Shown here: one piece after another, positions 37,863 through 46,519 of the stretch
How positions within the stretch are numbered: position 1 is the first letter of the stretch
Layout: every line of letters begins with the position of its first letter
From: Sediminibacterium sp.
Lineage (GTDB): Bacteria > Bacteroidota > Bacteroidia > Chitinophagales > Chitinophagaceae
Assembly: GCA_036758845.1 (NCBI GenBank)
Contig: DAIOVU010000009.1
Location: 10,166-74,165 of the forward strand
Length of the DNA: 64,000 nt
Direction: 5' to 3'
The notes under the pieces: generated by a model
The model's database searches: none
What the model was told of the DNA's origin: nothing
What the model saw: the letters and a program-made list of their open reading frames with translations, nothing else
Position numbers and translations under genes: made by a program

Positions 37863-39353
37863 TCATCTCCCGAACGCCTTCACTATTTCTCCTGCCACTA
37901 CTTCACCGCTTATCAGGCTGGGTGGCACTCCCGGGCCGGGTACAGTTAACTGTCCGGCATAGAAAAGGTTCATTAGTTTTTTACTTCTGCAGGATGGTTT
38001 TAAAACAGCAGTTTGCATCAACGTGTTCGCCAAGCCATATGCATTCCCTTTAAAAGCATTGTATTCGTGCACAAAATCTTTTTGCGCAAATGATCTTTTA
38101 TAAACTATTGCGTCTTTGATCGATTGGCCCAGGTGTTTTTCCATCCGTTCAACGATCATATCAAAATACCGGTCTCTTACTTCTTCCGTATCCGCTTCCA
38201 ATCCTGCAGCTACCGGTATCAAAAAAATGAGGTTCTCACATCCTTCCGGCGCAGCAGACACATCAGTTACGGAAGCGGCGCTTACGTAAAACAACGGATC
38301 TGTTGGCCATTCTTTCGTTGTATAGATTTCTTTCCCATGTATGTCAAAAGAGGCATCAAAAAATAACGAATGATGTTGCAATCCTTCCAGTTTTTTATTC
38401 AACCCAATATAATACAAAATAGCTCCCGGTGCCATTACCCTTGTATCCCAATATTTATCTGAATAAGAGCGATACTGCTTTGATATTAATGAAGTTTCAA
38501 TATGATGATAATCAGCTGCGCCAATAATCACATCAGCTTCAAAGCTTATTTCATTATTTGCAGGCGAAGAGGCAATTACTTTTTTGGCCAACTTTTTGTC
38601 AACTGCTATTTCTTTTACATCGTGTTCAAAATAAAAATGCACGCCCAATTCAACTGCCAAATCATGCATGGCCTGTACAATACAATACATGCCACCCTTT
38701 GGAAACCAGGTTCCGCCTTTGATGTCTGCATAGTTCATCAAACTATACAGGGCAGGTGTTTGCTGAGGAAGCGCACCCAGAAATAATACAGGAAATTCCA
38801 TCAATTCCCTCAGCTTAGGGTTGGTAAAATACCGCGCCACATGAGATCGCATGGAATTAAAAACATCCAGTTTTAGTATTCCTTTCACAAGGTCCCAATC
38901 CAAAAATTCGGTCAGCGACAGGCCCGGTTTAAAAACCAGTTTTTTAATCCCCACTTCGTATTTATAAGCTGCTTCTTCCAAAAACTTCTCCAACTGTTTA
39001 CCACTGCCGGGTTCTATTGAATTGAATAGCTGTATTAACGCTTCAAAATTGGCAGGCACATCTATTGGTCCGTCATTCCGGTAAACACGGTACGAGGGGT
39101 CCAATCTTTCCAGTCTATAATAATCCGATACTGATTTGCCAAACTGTTTGAAATATCTTTCAAACACATCTGGCATCCAGTACCAGCTTGGGCCCATATC
39201 AAAAGTAAAACCTGCAGCATACATTCTGCGTGCACGACCGCCGGGTGTAGTATGTTTCTCCAACACCGTTACATCCCAGCCGGCTTTGGCCATAAATGAT
39301 GCAGCCGAAAGGCCCGCAAAACCGCTACCGATAATAATAACTTTCTTTTTCAA
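37863..39353 (-). CDS. crtI: phytoene desaturase (CrtI)
   Basis: 496 aa. N-terminal IIIGSGFAGLSAA and a CrtI-typical C-terminus FYAGQLTVPGPGVPPSLISG. Confidence 0.9.
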   Translation of the reverse strand: MKKKVIIIGSGFAGLSAASFMAKAGWDVTVLEKHTTPGGRARRMYAAGFTFDMGPSWYWMPDVFERYFKQFGKSVSDYYRLERLDPSYRVYRNDGPIDVPANFEALIQLFNSIEPGSGKQLEKFLEEAAYKYEVGIKKLVFKPGLSLTEFLDWDLVKGILKLDVFNSMRSHVARYFTNPKLRELMEFPVLFLGALPQQTPALYSLMNYADIKGGTWFPKGGMYCIVQAMHDLAVELGVHFYFEHDVKEIAVDKKLAKKVIASSPANNEISFEADVIIGAADYHHIETSLISKQYRSYSDKYWDTRVMAPGAILYYIGLNKKLEGLQHHSLFFDASFDIHGKEIYTTKEWPTDPLFYVSAASVTDVSAAPEGCENLIFLIPVAAGLEADTEEVRDRYFDMIVERMEKHLGQSIKDAIVYKRSFAQKDFVHEYNAFKGNAYGLANTLMQTAVLKPSCRSKKLMNLFYAGQLTVPGPGVPPSLISGEVVAGEIVKAFGR

Positions 39354-39385
39354 AATTGTAATAGCAGAAAGTTAAGCGAATTGAT

Positions 39386-39910
39386 TTAATAACGCTGAAT
39401 ATGTGTCTTTAACAATTTCCGTGCAAAATGGATACGGCTTTTAATAGTACCCAGTGGCTCGCCCAGCATATCTGCGATCTCGTGGTATTTATATCCATCA
39501 AAATATAAGAGGAAGGGGTTACGGAAAATTTCGGGAAGGTTATGAATAGCCTGTTGTACTTCTTTGAGATTAATAGCGGCAACAGCCTCATTGGCAACAG
39601 CACCCTGGTATTGATTGATCAGGTATTCATTGGGTGTACTGTCGAGTATAGTTGCCTGTTTTGCTTTTCTGCGGTAATTATTGATAAAAATATTACGCAT
39701 GATGGTGTACAGCCATGCTTTAATATTTGTACCCACATTGTATTTATCCTGGTTGGCCAATGCACGGTAAAGCGTTTCCTGAAAAAGATCTTTAGCAGCT
39801 TCATTATCGTGCGTTAAAGTAACAGCGAAGGGTTTTAAAAACTCCGCGTTACTTACCAACATCTGGTTAAATTCTAAAGTAGCCATTCGTTCTGTTTGCT
39901 TGCCATACAA
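39386..39910 (-). CDS. ECF-type RNA polymerase sigma-70 factor
   Basis: 174 aa (alternative start Met9 at 39886). Region 2 (DLFQETLYRAL...AWLYTIMRNIFINNYRR) and region 4 HTH (YHEIADMLGEPLGTIKSRIHFARKLL). It heads the carotenoid cluster with a 32-nt gap to crtI. Confidence 0.85.
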   Translation of the reverse strand: MYGKQTERMATLEFNQMLVSNAEFLKPFAVTLTHDNEAAKDLFQETLYRALANQDKYNVGTNIKAWLYTIMRNIFINNYRRKAKQATILDSTPNEYLINQYQGAVANEAVAAINLKEVQQAIHNLPEIFRNPFLLYFDGYKYHEIADMLGEPLGTIKSRIHFARKLLKTHIQRY

Positions 39911-40089
39911 AGCTAAACACGAATAATGTCCTCACCAAAACATTCCCTGATACCGGTACCGGCGCGCCATATGTTAAAAGAATGTATTATTTTCAGTTAT
40001 CAATGAGCGATTTTATACGAAGATTTACAGGTCACTGATAATGAAGGCATTCAACATTTAACAGCGGTATCTTTCCTGCTTTATTCAGG

Positions 40090-40947
40090 CTATTTAATCC
40101 TGCGCAGGTATTCACCATAGCCGCTTTTGGCATATTTATCGGCGAGCAATAGCAACTGGTTCTTATTAATATACCCCATGCGATAGGCCACTTCTTCAAT
40201 ACATCCTATTTTCTGGCTCTGGCGTTTTTCGATCACGCGTACAAACTCGCAGGCATCGGCAAAAGAATCAAAGGTTCCGGTATCAAGCCAGGCTGTGCCC
40301 CTGTTCATGATTCCTACTTTCAATTTGCCTTGTTTCAGGTATTCTTTATTTACATCCGTGATCTCGTATTCGCCGCGGGGGGAAGGTTGCATGGTTTTGG
40401 CAATCTTCACAACGCTATTATCGTAAAAATAAAGTCCGGGAACTGCGTAATTGGACTTAGGCTGTTTGGGTTTTTCATCAATTGACAACACCTTCCTGTT
40501 CTCATCAAACGCCACTACACCATATCTTTCAGGATCGTGAACTTCGTAAGCAAATACTGCAGCGCCTTCTACATTATTGAACGACTGAACAAGTTTGCTG
40601 AAACCGGCACCATAAAAAATATTGTCGCCTAGAATAAGGGCTACTTTATCGTTCCCTATAAATTTTTCACCAATTACAAATGCCTGGGCCAGGCCGTTAG
40701 GCACTTCCTGAACCGCGTAGTCAAAATGACAACCCAGTTCAGATCCATCGCCTAATAATCGCTGGAACTGAGCAGAGTCTTCGGGTGTAGTAATAATGAG
40801 TATCTCATGAATGCCCGCCAGCATCAATACAGATAGTGGATAATAGATCATCGGCTTATCATACACAGGCATCAATTGTTTGCTGATACCTTTTGTAATC
40901 GGATACAGACGTGTGCCGGATCCTCCAGCCAGAATAATACCTTTCAT
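40090..40947 (-). CDS. rfbA: glucose-1-phosphate thymidylyltransferase
   Basis: 285 aa. [18 protein letters not shown]...[17 protein letters not shown]; canonical RmlA sequence throughout. Confidence 0.93.
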   Translation of the reverse strand: MKGIILAGGSGTRLYPITKGISKQLMPVYDKPMIYYPLSVLMLAGIHEILIITTPEDSAQFQRLLGDGSELGCHFDYAVQEVPNGLAQAFVIGEKFIGNDKVALILGDNIFYGAGFSKLVQSFNNVEGAAVFAYEVHDPERYGVVAFDENRKVLSIDEKPKQPKSNYAVPGLYFYDNSVVKIAKTMQPSPRGEYEITDVNKEYLKQGKLKVGIMNRGTAWLDTGTFDSFADACEFVRVIEKRQSQKIGCIEEVAYRMGYINKNQLLLLADKYAKSGYGEYLRRIK

Positions 40948-40950
40948 GAA

Positions 40951-41508
40951 TCAGAATTTTAAAGTGTTGGCAGCTTCCTTCAATGTTGGCAGCTTAGTGT
41001 CTTTTTCAGATAATAACAGTTCCTGTGCATCTAATTTCCAATTGATAGCCAGATCGGGATCATTATAAATAATACCGCCTTCAGATGCTTTATTATAATA
41101 ATTATCACATTTATAAAAGAAAACCGCGTCTTCGCTCAATACCACAAATCCATGCGCAAAACCACGTGGCACATAAAACTGGGTATGGCTGTCTTCTGAT
41201 AATTCAACTGCAACATGCTTACCGAATGTTGAAGAATTTTTTCTAAGATCTACAGCTACATCCAGCACTTTCCCTTTTAAAACCCTTACAAGTTTTGCCT
41301 GCGCATATTCGCCTTGCTGGAAATGCAAACCACGCAATACTCCTTTCTGAGAACCGGATTGGTTATCCTGTACAAATGAAACATCAAGCCCTGTTTGATC
41401 AAAGAAGGTTCTCTGGTTAAAACTTTCAAAAAAATACCCACGACTATCCCCGAAAAAAGTATCGTGAATAAGGAAACATCCTTCTAATATTGTTTTTTCA
41501 ACCCTCAT
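40951..41508 (-). CDS. rfbC: dTDP-4-dehydrorhamnose 3,5-epimerase
   Basis: 185 aa. RmlC cupin motifs (FGDSRGYFFESF, LRGLHFQ, KLVRVLKGKVLDVAVDLR, VPRGFAHGF). Confidence 0.92.
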   Translation of the reverse strand: MRVEKTILEGCFLIHDTFFGDSRGYFFESFNQRTFFDQTGLDVSFVQDNQSGSQKGVLRGLHFQQGEYAQAKLVRVLKGKVLDVAVDLRKNSSTFGKHVAVELSEDSHTQFYVPRGFAHGFVVLSEDAVFFYKCDNYYNKASEGGIIYNDPDLAINWKLDAQELLLSEKDTKLPTLKEAANTLKF

Positions 41509-41510
41509 AA

Positions 41511-42566
41511 TTATCTGTTGGTATACATTGATTGATAATAATGCTGATAAGCCCCACTGGTAACGTTTTGCAACCAGCCCGAATTGTTCAGGTACCAGTC
41601 AATCGTTTCACTCAATCCTTCTTCAAATGTAACTGTTGGTTTCCAACCCAGTTCTTTATTGATCTTGGATGCATCGATGGCGTAGCGCCTGTCGTGCCCC
41701 GGCCTGTCTTTCACATAAATGATCAGTTTCTCGCTGTGTCCTTTTTCTCTTCCCAGTTTCTCATCCATCAATCTGCACAACAATTTTACGAGGTCTATAT
41801 TTTTCCATTCATTAAACCCTCCAATATTATAGGTTTCACCGTTTACACCGTTATGAAAGATCAGGTCAATAGCCAATGCATGATCTTTTACATAAAGCCA
41901 ATCGCGGGTATATAACCCATCTCCATACACGGGCAATGGCTTTTCGGTAATAATATTATTGATGAAAAGCGGGATCAGTTTTTCCGGAAAATGATACGGA
42001 CCGTAGTTATTGGAACAATTGGAAACAATGGTTTGCATACCATACGTTTCACGATACGCCCTTACAAAATGGTCTGAGGATGCTTTACTTGCCGAATAAG
42101 GTGAATTGGGATCATAAGGTGTTTTTTCCGTAAAGAACCCGGTATCGCCCAGACTTCCATACACTTCATCTGTTGAAATATGGTAGAAAAGGTGTTTTGA
42201 ATAATCTTCTTTCCATTTTTTACGGGCAGTATTTAAAAGGTTTACTGTGCCGATGATATTGGTATACACAAAATCAAGCGGGGAAACAATGGAACGATCA
42301 ACGTGCGATTCAGCGGCAAGGTGTATCACATCTGTTACATTGTATTGATCAAATGTTTGATCAAGGGCTTCTGTATCCAGGATATTTACTTTGGCAAACC
42401 TGTAATTAGGTTTTTGATCAATGTCTTTTAGATTCTCCAGATTACCGGCATAAGTAAGTGCATCCAGGTTGATGATGGTATCTTCAGGATATTTATTTAC
42501 AAAAAGCCTCACAACATGTGAGCCAATGAACCCGGCACCTCCCGTGATCAGTATATTTCTACTCAT
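41511..42566 (-). CDS. rfbB: dTDP-glucose 4,6-dehydratase
   Basis: The track ORF runs to 42746, but that extension overlaps the divergent gene. The start MSRNILITGGAGFIGSH at 42566 (CAT at 42564..42566) gives 351 aa. YSASKASSD catalytic motif. Confidence 0.93.
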   Translation of the reverse strand: MSRNILITGGAGFIGSHVVRLFVNKYPEDTIINLDALTYAGNLENLKDIDQKPNYRFAKVNILDTEALDQTFDQYNVTDVIHLAAESHVDRSIVSPLDFVYTNIIGTVNLLNTARKKWKEDYSKHLFYHISTDEVYGSLGDTGFFTEKTPYDPNSPYSASKASSDHFVRAYRETYGMQTIVSNCSNNYGPYHFPEKLIPLFINNIITEKPLPVYGDGLYTRDWLYVKDHALAIDLIFHNGVNGETYNIGGFNEWKNIDLVKLLCRLMDEKLGREKGHSEKLIIYVKDRPGHDRRYAIDASKINKELGWKPTVTFEEGLSETIDWYLNNSGWLQNVTSGAYQHYYQSMYTNR

Positions 42567-42737
42567 ATTCCCCGATTGAAAAAATGATTTATTGAGCCAC
42601 AAGAATTCCTGGTAGCGGACAAATTTATGGATAAAAAGGAACAGATTGGAACAATCATCCTGATTTACAGGTTGCAGTGGGAAGCCTGCACAATATCCTG
42701 TTATCTTTCCTATCTTCATAACTATAAAATACTTGCC

Positions 42738-43889
42738 ATGAACCAACGCTATTATTCCTTAGACGTATTCCGCGGCGCCACTGTTGCCCTGATGATATTG
42801 GTGAATAATCCCGGCAACTGGTCGCATATTTTTTCTCCGCTGGAACATGCAACCTGGCATGGCTGTACACCAACCGATCTTGTTTTCCCTTTCTTTCTTT
42901 TTGCTGTTGGTAATGCCATGGCCTTTGTAATGCCCCGTTTTGAACAGGCTGGTCCTGCTGTATTCTGGAAGAAAGTGATCAAACGCGCACTGCTCATCTT
43001 TGCCATTGGCCTGTTCCTGAACTGGAGCCCTTTTGTGCGTTGGGATGGCGAGAACATTGCCTGGAAACAATGGGAAAATGTTCGCATACTGGGCGTGTTA
43101 CAAAGAATAGCCCTTTGCTACTTTTTTGCTTCAGTTATTGTGTATTATGCCAAAACAAAAGGAGCCTTTGTACTTAGCGGCATATTATTACTGTTATACT
43201 GGTTTATTTGCCTGTTCCTGGGCAATAATGCAGACCCTTATAGTTTGTCCGGTTGGTTTGGCACAAAAGTCGATATTAATATCCTGGGCCTTACCCATAT
43301 TTATAAAGGAGAAGGCGTTCCTTTTGATCCTGAAGGGTTGCCAAGTACTATGGCTGCTATTGTGCAGGTGATATTTGGTTTTTTTGTTGGTCAGTATATC
43401 CAGCAGAAAGGAAAGAACTATGAGATGCTCTCCAATTTATTTGTGGCTGGTCTTGTATTGTTTTTTACCGGTTATTCCTGGGATTTGGTTTTCCCGGTAA
43501 ACAAAAAAATATGGACCAGCAGTTATGTGTTGTACACAACAGGCCTTGCCATTATAACCATCGGCATACTTATTTACCTGATCGAATTCAAGGAAAGAAA
43601 GGGGGCATGGAGCCGGTTCTTTGATGTTTTTGGAAAGAACCCTTTATTCATTTTTGTATTAAGCGGCTTCCTGCCAAGGATATTGGCTATGTTCAGATGG
43701 GTTGATCATGTTACGCCTGAAGGGAAAAAAGTGTACACTTCTTTCTTCCCCTGGTTTTATGAGCATGTTTGTAAAAACATTGCTACCGATCTGCGAGTAG
43801 GCTCATTCTTTTACGCACTTTGCATGATTGCCATGTACTGGGCAATTGTGTATGTGCTGGATAAGAAGAAGATCTATATTAAAGTGTAG
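42738..43889 (+). CDS. DUF5009 / heparan-alpha-glucosaminide N-acetyltransferase-like membrane acyltransferase
   Basis: The likely start is MNQRYYSLDVFRGATVALMILVNNPG at 42738 (track 42627). About 10 TM helices. N-terminal R-x-x-S-L-D-x-F-RG motif typical of the family. Confidence 0.65.
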   Translation: MNQRYYSLDVFRGATVALMILVNNPGNWSHIFSPLEHATWHGCTPTDLVFPFFLFAVGNAMAFVMPRFEQAGPAVFWKKVIKRALLIFAIGLFLNWSPFVRWDGENIAWKQWENVRILGVLQRIALCYFFASVIVYYAKTKGAFVLSGILLLLYWFICLFLGNNADPYSLSGWFGTKVDINILGLTHIYKGEGVPFDPEGLPSTMAAIVQVIFGFFVGQYIQQKGKNYEMLSNLFVAGLVLFFTGYSWDLVFPVNKKIWTSSYVLYTTGLAIITIGILIYLIEFKERKGAWSRFFDVFGKNPLFIFVLSGFLPRILAMFRWVDHVTPEGKKVYTSFFPWFYEHVCKNIATDLRVGSFFYALCMIAMYWAIVYVLDKKKIYIKV

Positions 43890-43890
43890 C

Positions 43891-43932
43891 GGGCAATTGT
43901 GAATTGTCAATGGTGAATTGTCAATGGTGAAT
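43891..43932. repeat. family B-like word repeat (GTGAATTGTCAATG x2)
   Basis: GGGCAATTGTGAATTGTCAATGGTGAATTGTCAATGGTGAATT, directly after the DUF5009 stop. Confidence 0.65.
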
Positions 43933-43950
43933 TATTTATTCATAATGTGC

Positions 43951-44087
43951 TGTGCTCCTATTAAACACATAGTTACATAGGTTAGGAAAAAGAAAATATA
44001 GTTCAATATCTATGTTTCATTTTGTTTCTCCTATGTACCTATGTGTTAAAAAAAGTTTTGACATAAAGAATAACCGCATTAATAAAT
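43951..44087. repeat. family E ~135-bp repeat element, copy 1
   Basis: About 85% identical by eye to 52222..52356. Internal palindrome AACACATAGTTACATAGGTTAGGAAA ... TTTCTCCTATGTACCTATGTGTT, followed by a conserved tail GACATAAAGAATAACCGCATTAATAAAT. Confidence 0.8.
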
Positions 44088-44107
44088 CACCTCAATAAAA
44101 CAATACA

Positions 44108-44566
44108 TTATTTCTTAATTATCCGTTTTGCCGGATTACCTGCATATACACCTGGTTCTGTAATATTTTTTGCAACCACTGCACCGGCGCCAATAACAAC
44201 ATTACTGCAAATGGTAACAGGCAAAATAGTAGCATTACTGCCGATAGAAACATGATCGCCGATATTTGTTGGCTTCCATAATTTTTTGTCTCCGGCAGGT
44301 TTACCCTCTTTAAAAGTATCATTCACAAACATTACGCCGTGACCAATAAAGCAATCATTGCCGATAGTAACCAGTTCGCAAATAAAACTATGTGATTGAA
44401 TTTTGCACCGGCTACCAATAACTACTGATCGTTGTATCTCAACAAATGGACCGATAAAACAATCGTCACCAATGGTGCATTCATAAAGATTACAAGGCTC
44501 TACCAGCTTCACATTGGCGCCAAATACAACATCTCTGATGCAGGATTGTGAGGATTGGTAGGGCAT
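44108..44566 (-). CDS. left-handed beta-helix (hexapeptide repeat) sugar N-acetyltransferase
   Basis: 152 aa, almost entirely hexapeptide repeats (IGDDCFIGPFVEI, IGSRCKIQSHSFI, IGNDCFIGHGVMF, IGDHVSIGSNATI, ICSNVVIGAGAVV). Comparable in size to QdtC/FdtC/WlbB-type nucleotide-amino-sugar acetyltransferases. Confidence 0.8.
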   Translation of the reverse strand: MPYQSSQSCIRDVVFGANVKLVEPCNLYECTIGDDCFIGPFVEIQRSVVIGSRCKIQSHSFICELVTIGNDCFIGHGVMFVNDTFKEGKPAGDKKLWKPTNIGDHVSIGSNATILPVTICSNVVIGAGAVVAKNITEPGVYAGNPAKRIIKK

Positions 44567-44635
44567 ACTGTTATTTTTAAAAACGATTTATTTGTTGTAA
44601 GTGAAAATAATCACACTAAGGCACAAAGGCACGGT

Positions 44636-45655
44636 TTAGGAAGTTTTATTGTATTGGGCTGATTGATAAATACGTTCTATTATTTCTACTGTTTTTAATC
44701 CTTCCAATGGCCCGGCGTAGAAAGCTGCTCCGTTTTGTAAAGTATCTACCAGGCTTGCATATACTTTATCATGATTGCTCATAGAACCTTTATAAGTGCC
44801 GTAATCATTGGCTTCGCTTGCATCATCTGTACAATCTAAATCGCCTGTTTCAAATTGCCGGTATGCAATAATGTTCAGGTATTCTCCGCCGATCTTTACT
44901 GTACCTTTTTCTCCTAAAATGGTTAATGAGCCTTCTCTGTTTTTATCAAAACTGTTGATAGAAAAATTAATAGTTCCAATGACGCCGTTATCAAATTCAA
45001 TTGTAACTGCACCACAGTCTTCAAATTCAATGATACCATTATGTGCCGCATTTTTTGTGATGGCATAAATAGTTTTAATATCGCCAAAAAGCCAATACAA
45101 CAAATCAATAAAATGACTGAACTGTGTAAACAATACCCCTCCGTCAAGCTCCTTCGATCCTTTCCATGAGTCTTTGTAGTATGCTGCGTTGCGGTTCCAG
45201 AAACAAGTTAGCTGAATACTGTACAATTTTCCAAACATCCCACCATCCAATGCTTTTTTAACTGCCAGAACGGGTGGATTGAAACGATTTTGAACTACGG
45301 TGAATAAGTGCCTGCCTGTTTCTGCAGCTACCCTGATCATTGCTTCACAATCGGCAGATGTAATGGCCATAGGCTTTTCAACCAATACATGGTATCCTTT
45401 CCGCATTGCCTGTATGGCATGAATGGCATGTAATCCATTGGGAGAACAAATCACAACAACATCTATCCCTGTTTTATTTTTCAATAGTTCTTCAACCGAC
45501 AAGAAATAATCAACTCCATATTTCCCAGCTAATGTTTTTGCTTTGGATTCAACAACATCACAAACTGCAACCAGTTGTCCATATGTGTGGATATGCATTG
45601 CATGCCGCTCTGCAATTCTTCCGCAACCTATTATGGCAAACCTGGTTTTTTGCAT
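44636..45655 (-). CDS. Gfo/Idh/MocA family oxidoreductase
   Basis: 339 aa. N-terminal Rossmann fold FAIIGCGRIAERH, the EKP motif (VLVEKPMA) and a C-terminal alpha/beta dimerisation domain. Confidence 0.85.
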   Translation of the reverse strand: MQKTRFAIIGCGRIAERHAMHIHTYGQLVAVCDVVESKAKTLAGKYGVDYFLSVEELLKNKTGIDVVVICSPNGLHAIHAIQAMRKGYHVLVEKPMAITSADCEAMIRVAAETGRHLFTVVQNRFNPPVLAVKKALDGGMFGKLYSIQLTCFWNRNAAYYKDSWKGSKELDGGVLFTQFSHFIDLLYWLFGDIKTIYAITKNAAHNGIIEFEDCGAVTIEFDNGVIGTINFSINSFDKNREGSLTILGEKGTVKIGGEYLNIIAYRQFETGDLDCTDDASEANDYGTYKGSMSNHDKVYASLVDTLQNGAAFYAGPLEGLKTVEIIERIYQSAQYNKTS

Positions 45656-45664
45656 GATCGGTTT

Positions 45665-46372
45665 TTAAATAAACACAGCTTCTGCTTTTACAATACTTTC
45701 CGGTTTTCCTACATCTATCATATGTGCGCCGGTATGATCGTAAGATGAAATAATATGATCTTTTGCAAGGTCAAGGTAAACATCTACCATTGAAAATTTT
45801 CCTTCCCGTTTTATTTGCTGAAGCAGCAGTCCACTGATAACGTGTATACCACTGAATGCTTTCTGATAAAGCTTATCCGCAGCCCGTACAATTTTTTCTT
45901 CTCCTGTTTTCACATTGCGCCAGCCTGATAAAACAGCATGCTCATCAAATAAAAAATAGCGCGATGTTTCACGATCACTTACGGCAAGTGTTGCTATTGG
46001 TTTTTGTTGCCAGTGCTGGCTGATCATAGCAGTCAGATCCATGTCTGTAAGTATATCTACATTGATCACTACAAAATCGCCTTCTCCTTCAAAATACCAG
46101 GCGGCCTTTTTTAATCCCCCACCTGTTTCAAGTACTGTGTCTGTTTCATCAGAGATAGTTATCTCTGTTCCCCAACCTTTATTTTTGTCAATAGCCGCTA
46201 CAATCTGATCTGCAAAATGATGTACGTTCACTATCACTTCATAAATACCATGCTGCTGGAGGTATTCTATATTTCGCTGCAATAATGATTTCCCATTCAC
46301 CAGGGCCAATGCCTTGGGATGCAGATCTGTCCATGGTTTCAGGCGGGAGCCAAGGCCAGCCGCGAAGATCAT
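45665..46372 (-). CDS. sugar-phosphate nucleotidyltransferase (MurU-like)
   Basis: The track ORF runs to 46447, but the first 25 codons translate a repeat (SPFRGQGGKGQGGKEQGGK). The likely start is MIFAAGLGSRLKPWT at 46372 (CAT at 46370..46372). GxGxR nucleotidyltransferase P-loop. Sits immediately downstream of an AmgK-like kinase gene. Confidence 0.75.
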   Translation of the reverse strand: MIFAAGLGSRLKPWTDLHPKALALVNGKSLLQRNIEYLQQHGIYEVIVNVHHFADQIVAAIDKNKGWGTEITISDETDTVLETGGGLKKAAWYFEGEGDFVVINVDILTDMDLTAMISQHWQQKPIATLAVSDRETSRYFLFDEHAVLSGWRNVKTGEEKIVRAADKLYQKAFSGIHVISGLLLQQIKREGKFSMVDVYLDLAKDHIISSYDHTGAHMIDVGKPESIVKAEAVFI

Positions 46373-46391
46373 CGCTTTACCCCCTTGCTCT

Positions 46392-46519
46392 TTACCCCCT
46401 TGCCCCTTACCCCCTTGCCCCCTGAAGGGGGAATTGAATACAGTCATTATTGTTTGAATTACTGATTTAATATTATTAAAATCTTACTTAACTCCCCCTT
46501 CAGGGGGCTGGGGGGCAGG
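46392..46519. repeat. family D element, empty form: inverted CCCCCTGAAGGGGG palindromes around a 57-bp AT-rich core
   Basis: Left end: TTACCCCCTTGCCCCTTACCCCCTTGCCCCCTGAAGGGGGAATT (to 46433). Right end: AACTCCCCCTTCAGGGGGCTGGGGGGCAGG (46490..46519), which is the reverse-complement orientation of the left end. Confidence 0.75.

Noticed and set aside
40090-42566. Absence of rfbD (dTDP-4-dehydrorhamnose reductase) from the rfbA-rfbC-rfbB cluster as a possible anomaly
   Set aside because: rfbD is frequently unlinked in Bacteroidota, and the rest of the genome is not visible. This is not evidence of an incomplete pathway.
42627-42746. Overlap of the long forms of the divergent ORFs 41511..42746 (-) and 42627..43889 (+)
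   Set aside because: Both long forms add non-conserved N-terminal residues and overlap each other. The internal starts at 42566 (rfbB, MSRNILITGGAGFIGSH) and 42738 (MNQRYYSLDVFRG) match the family N-termini and leave a normal divergent promoter region.
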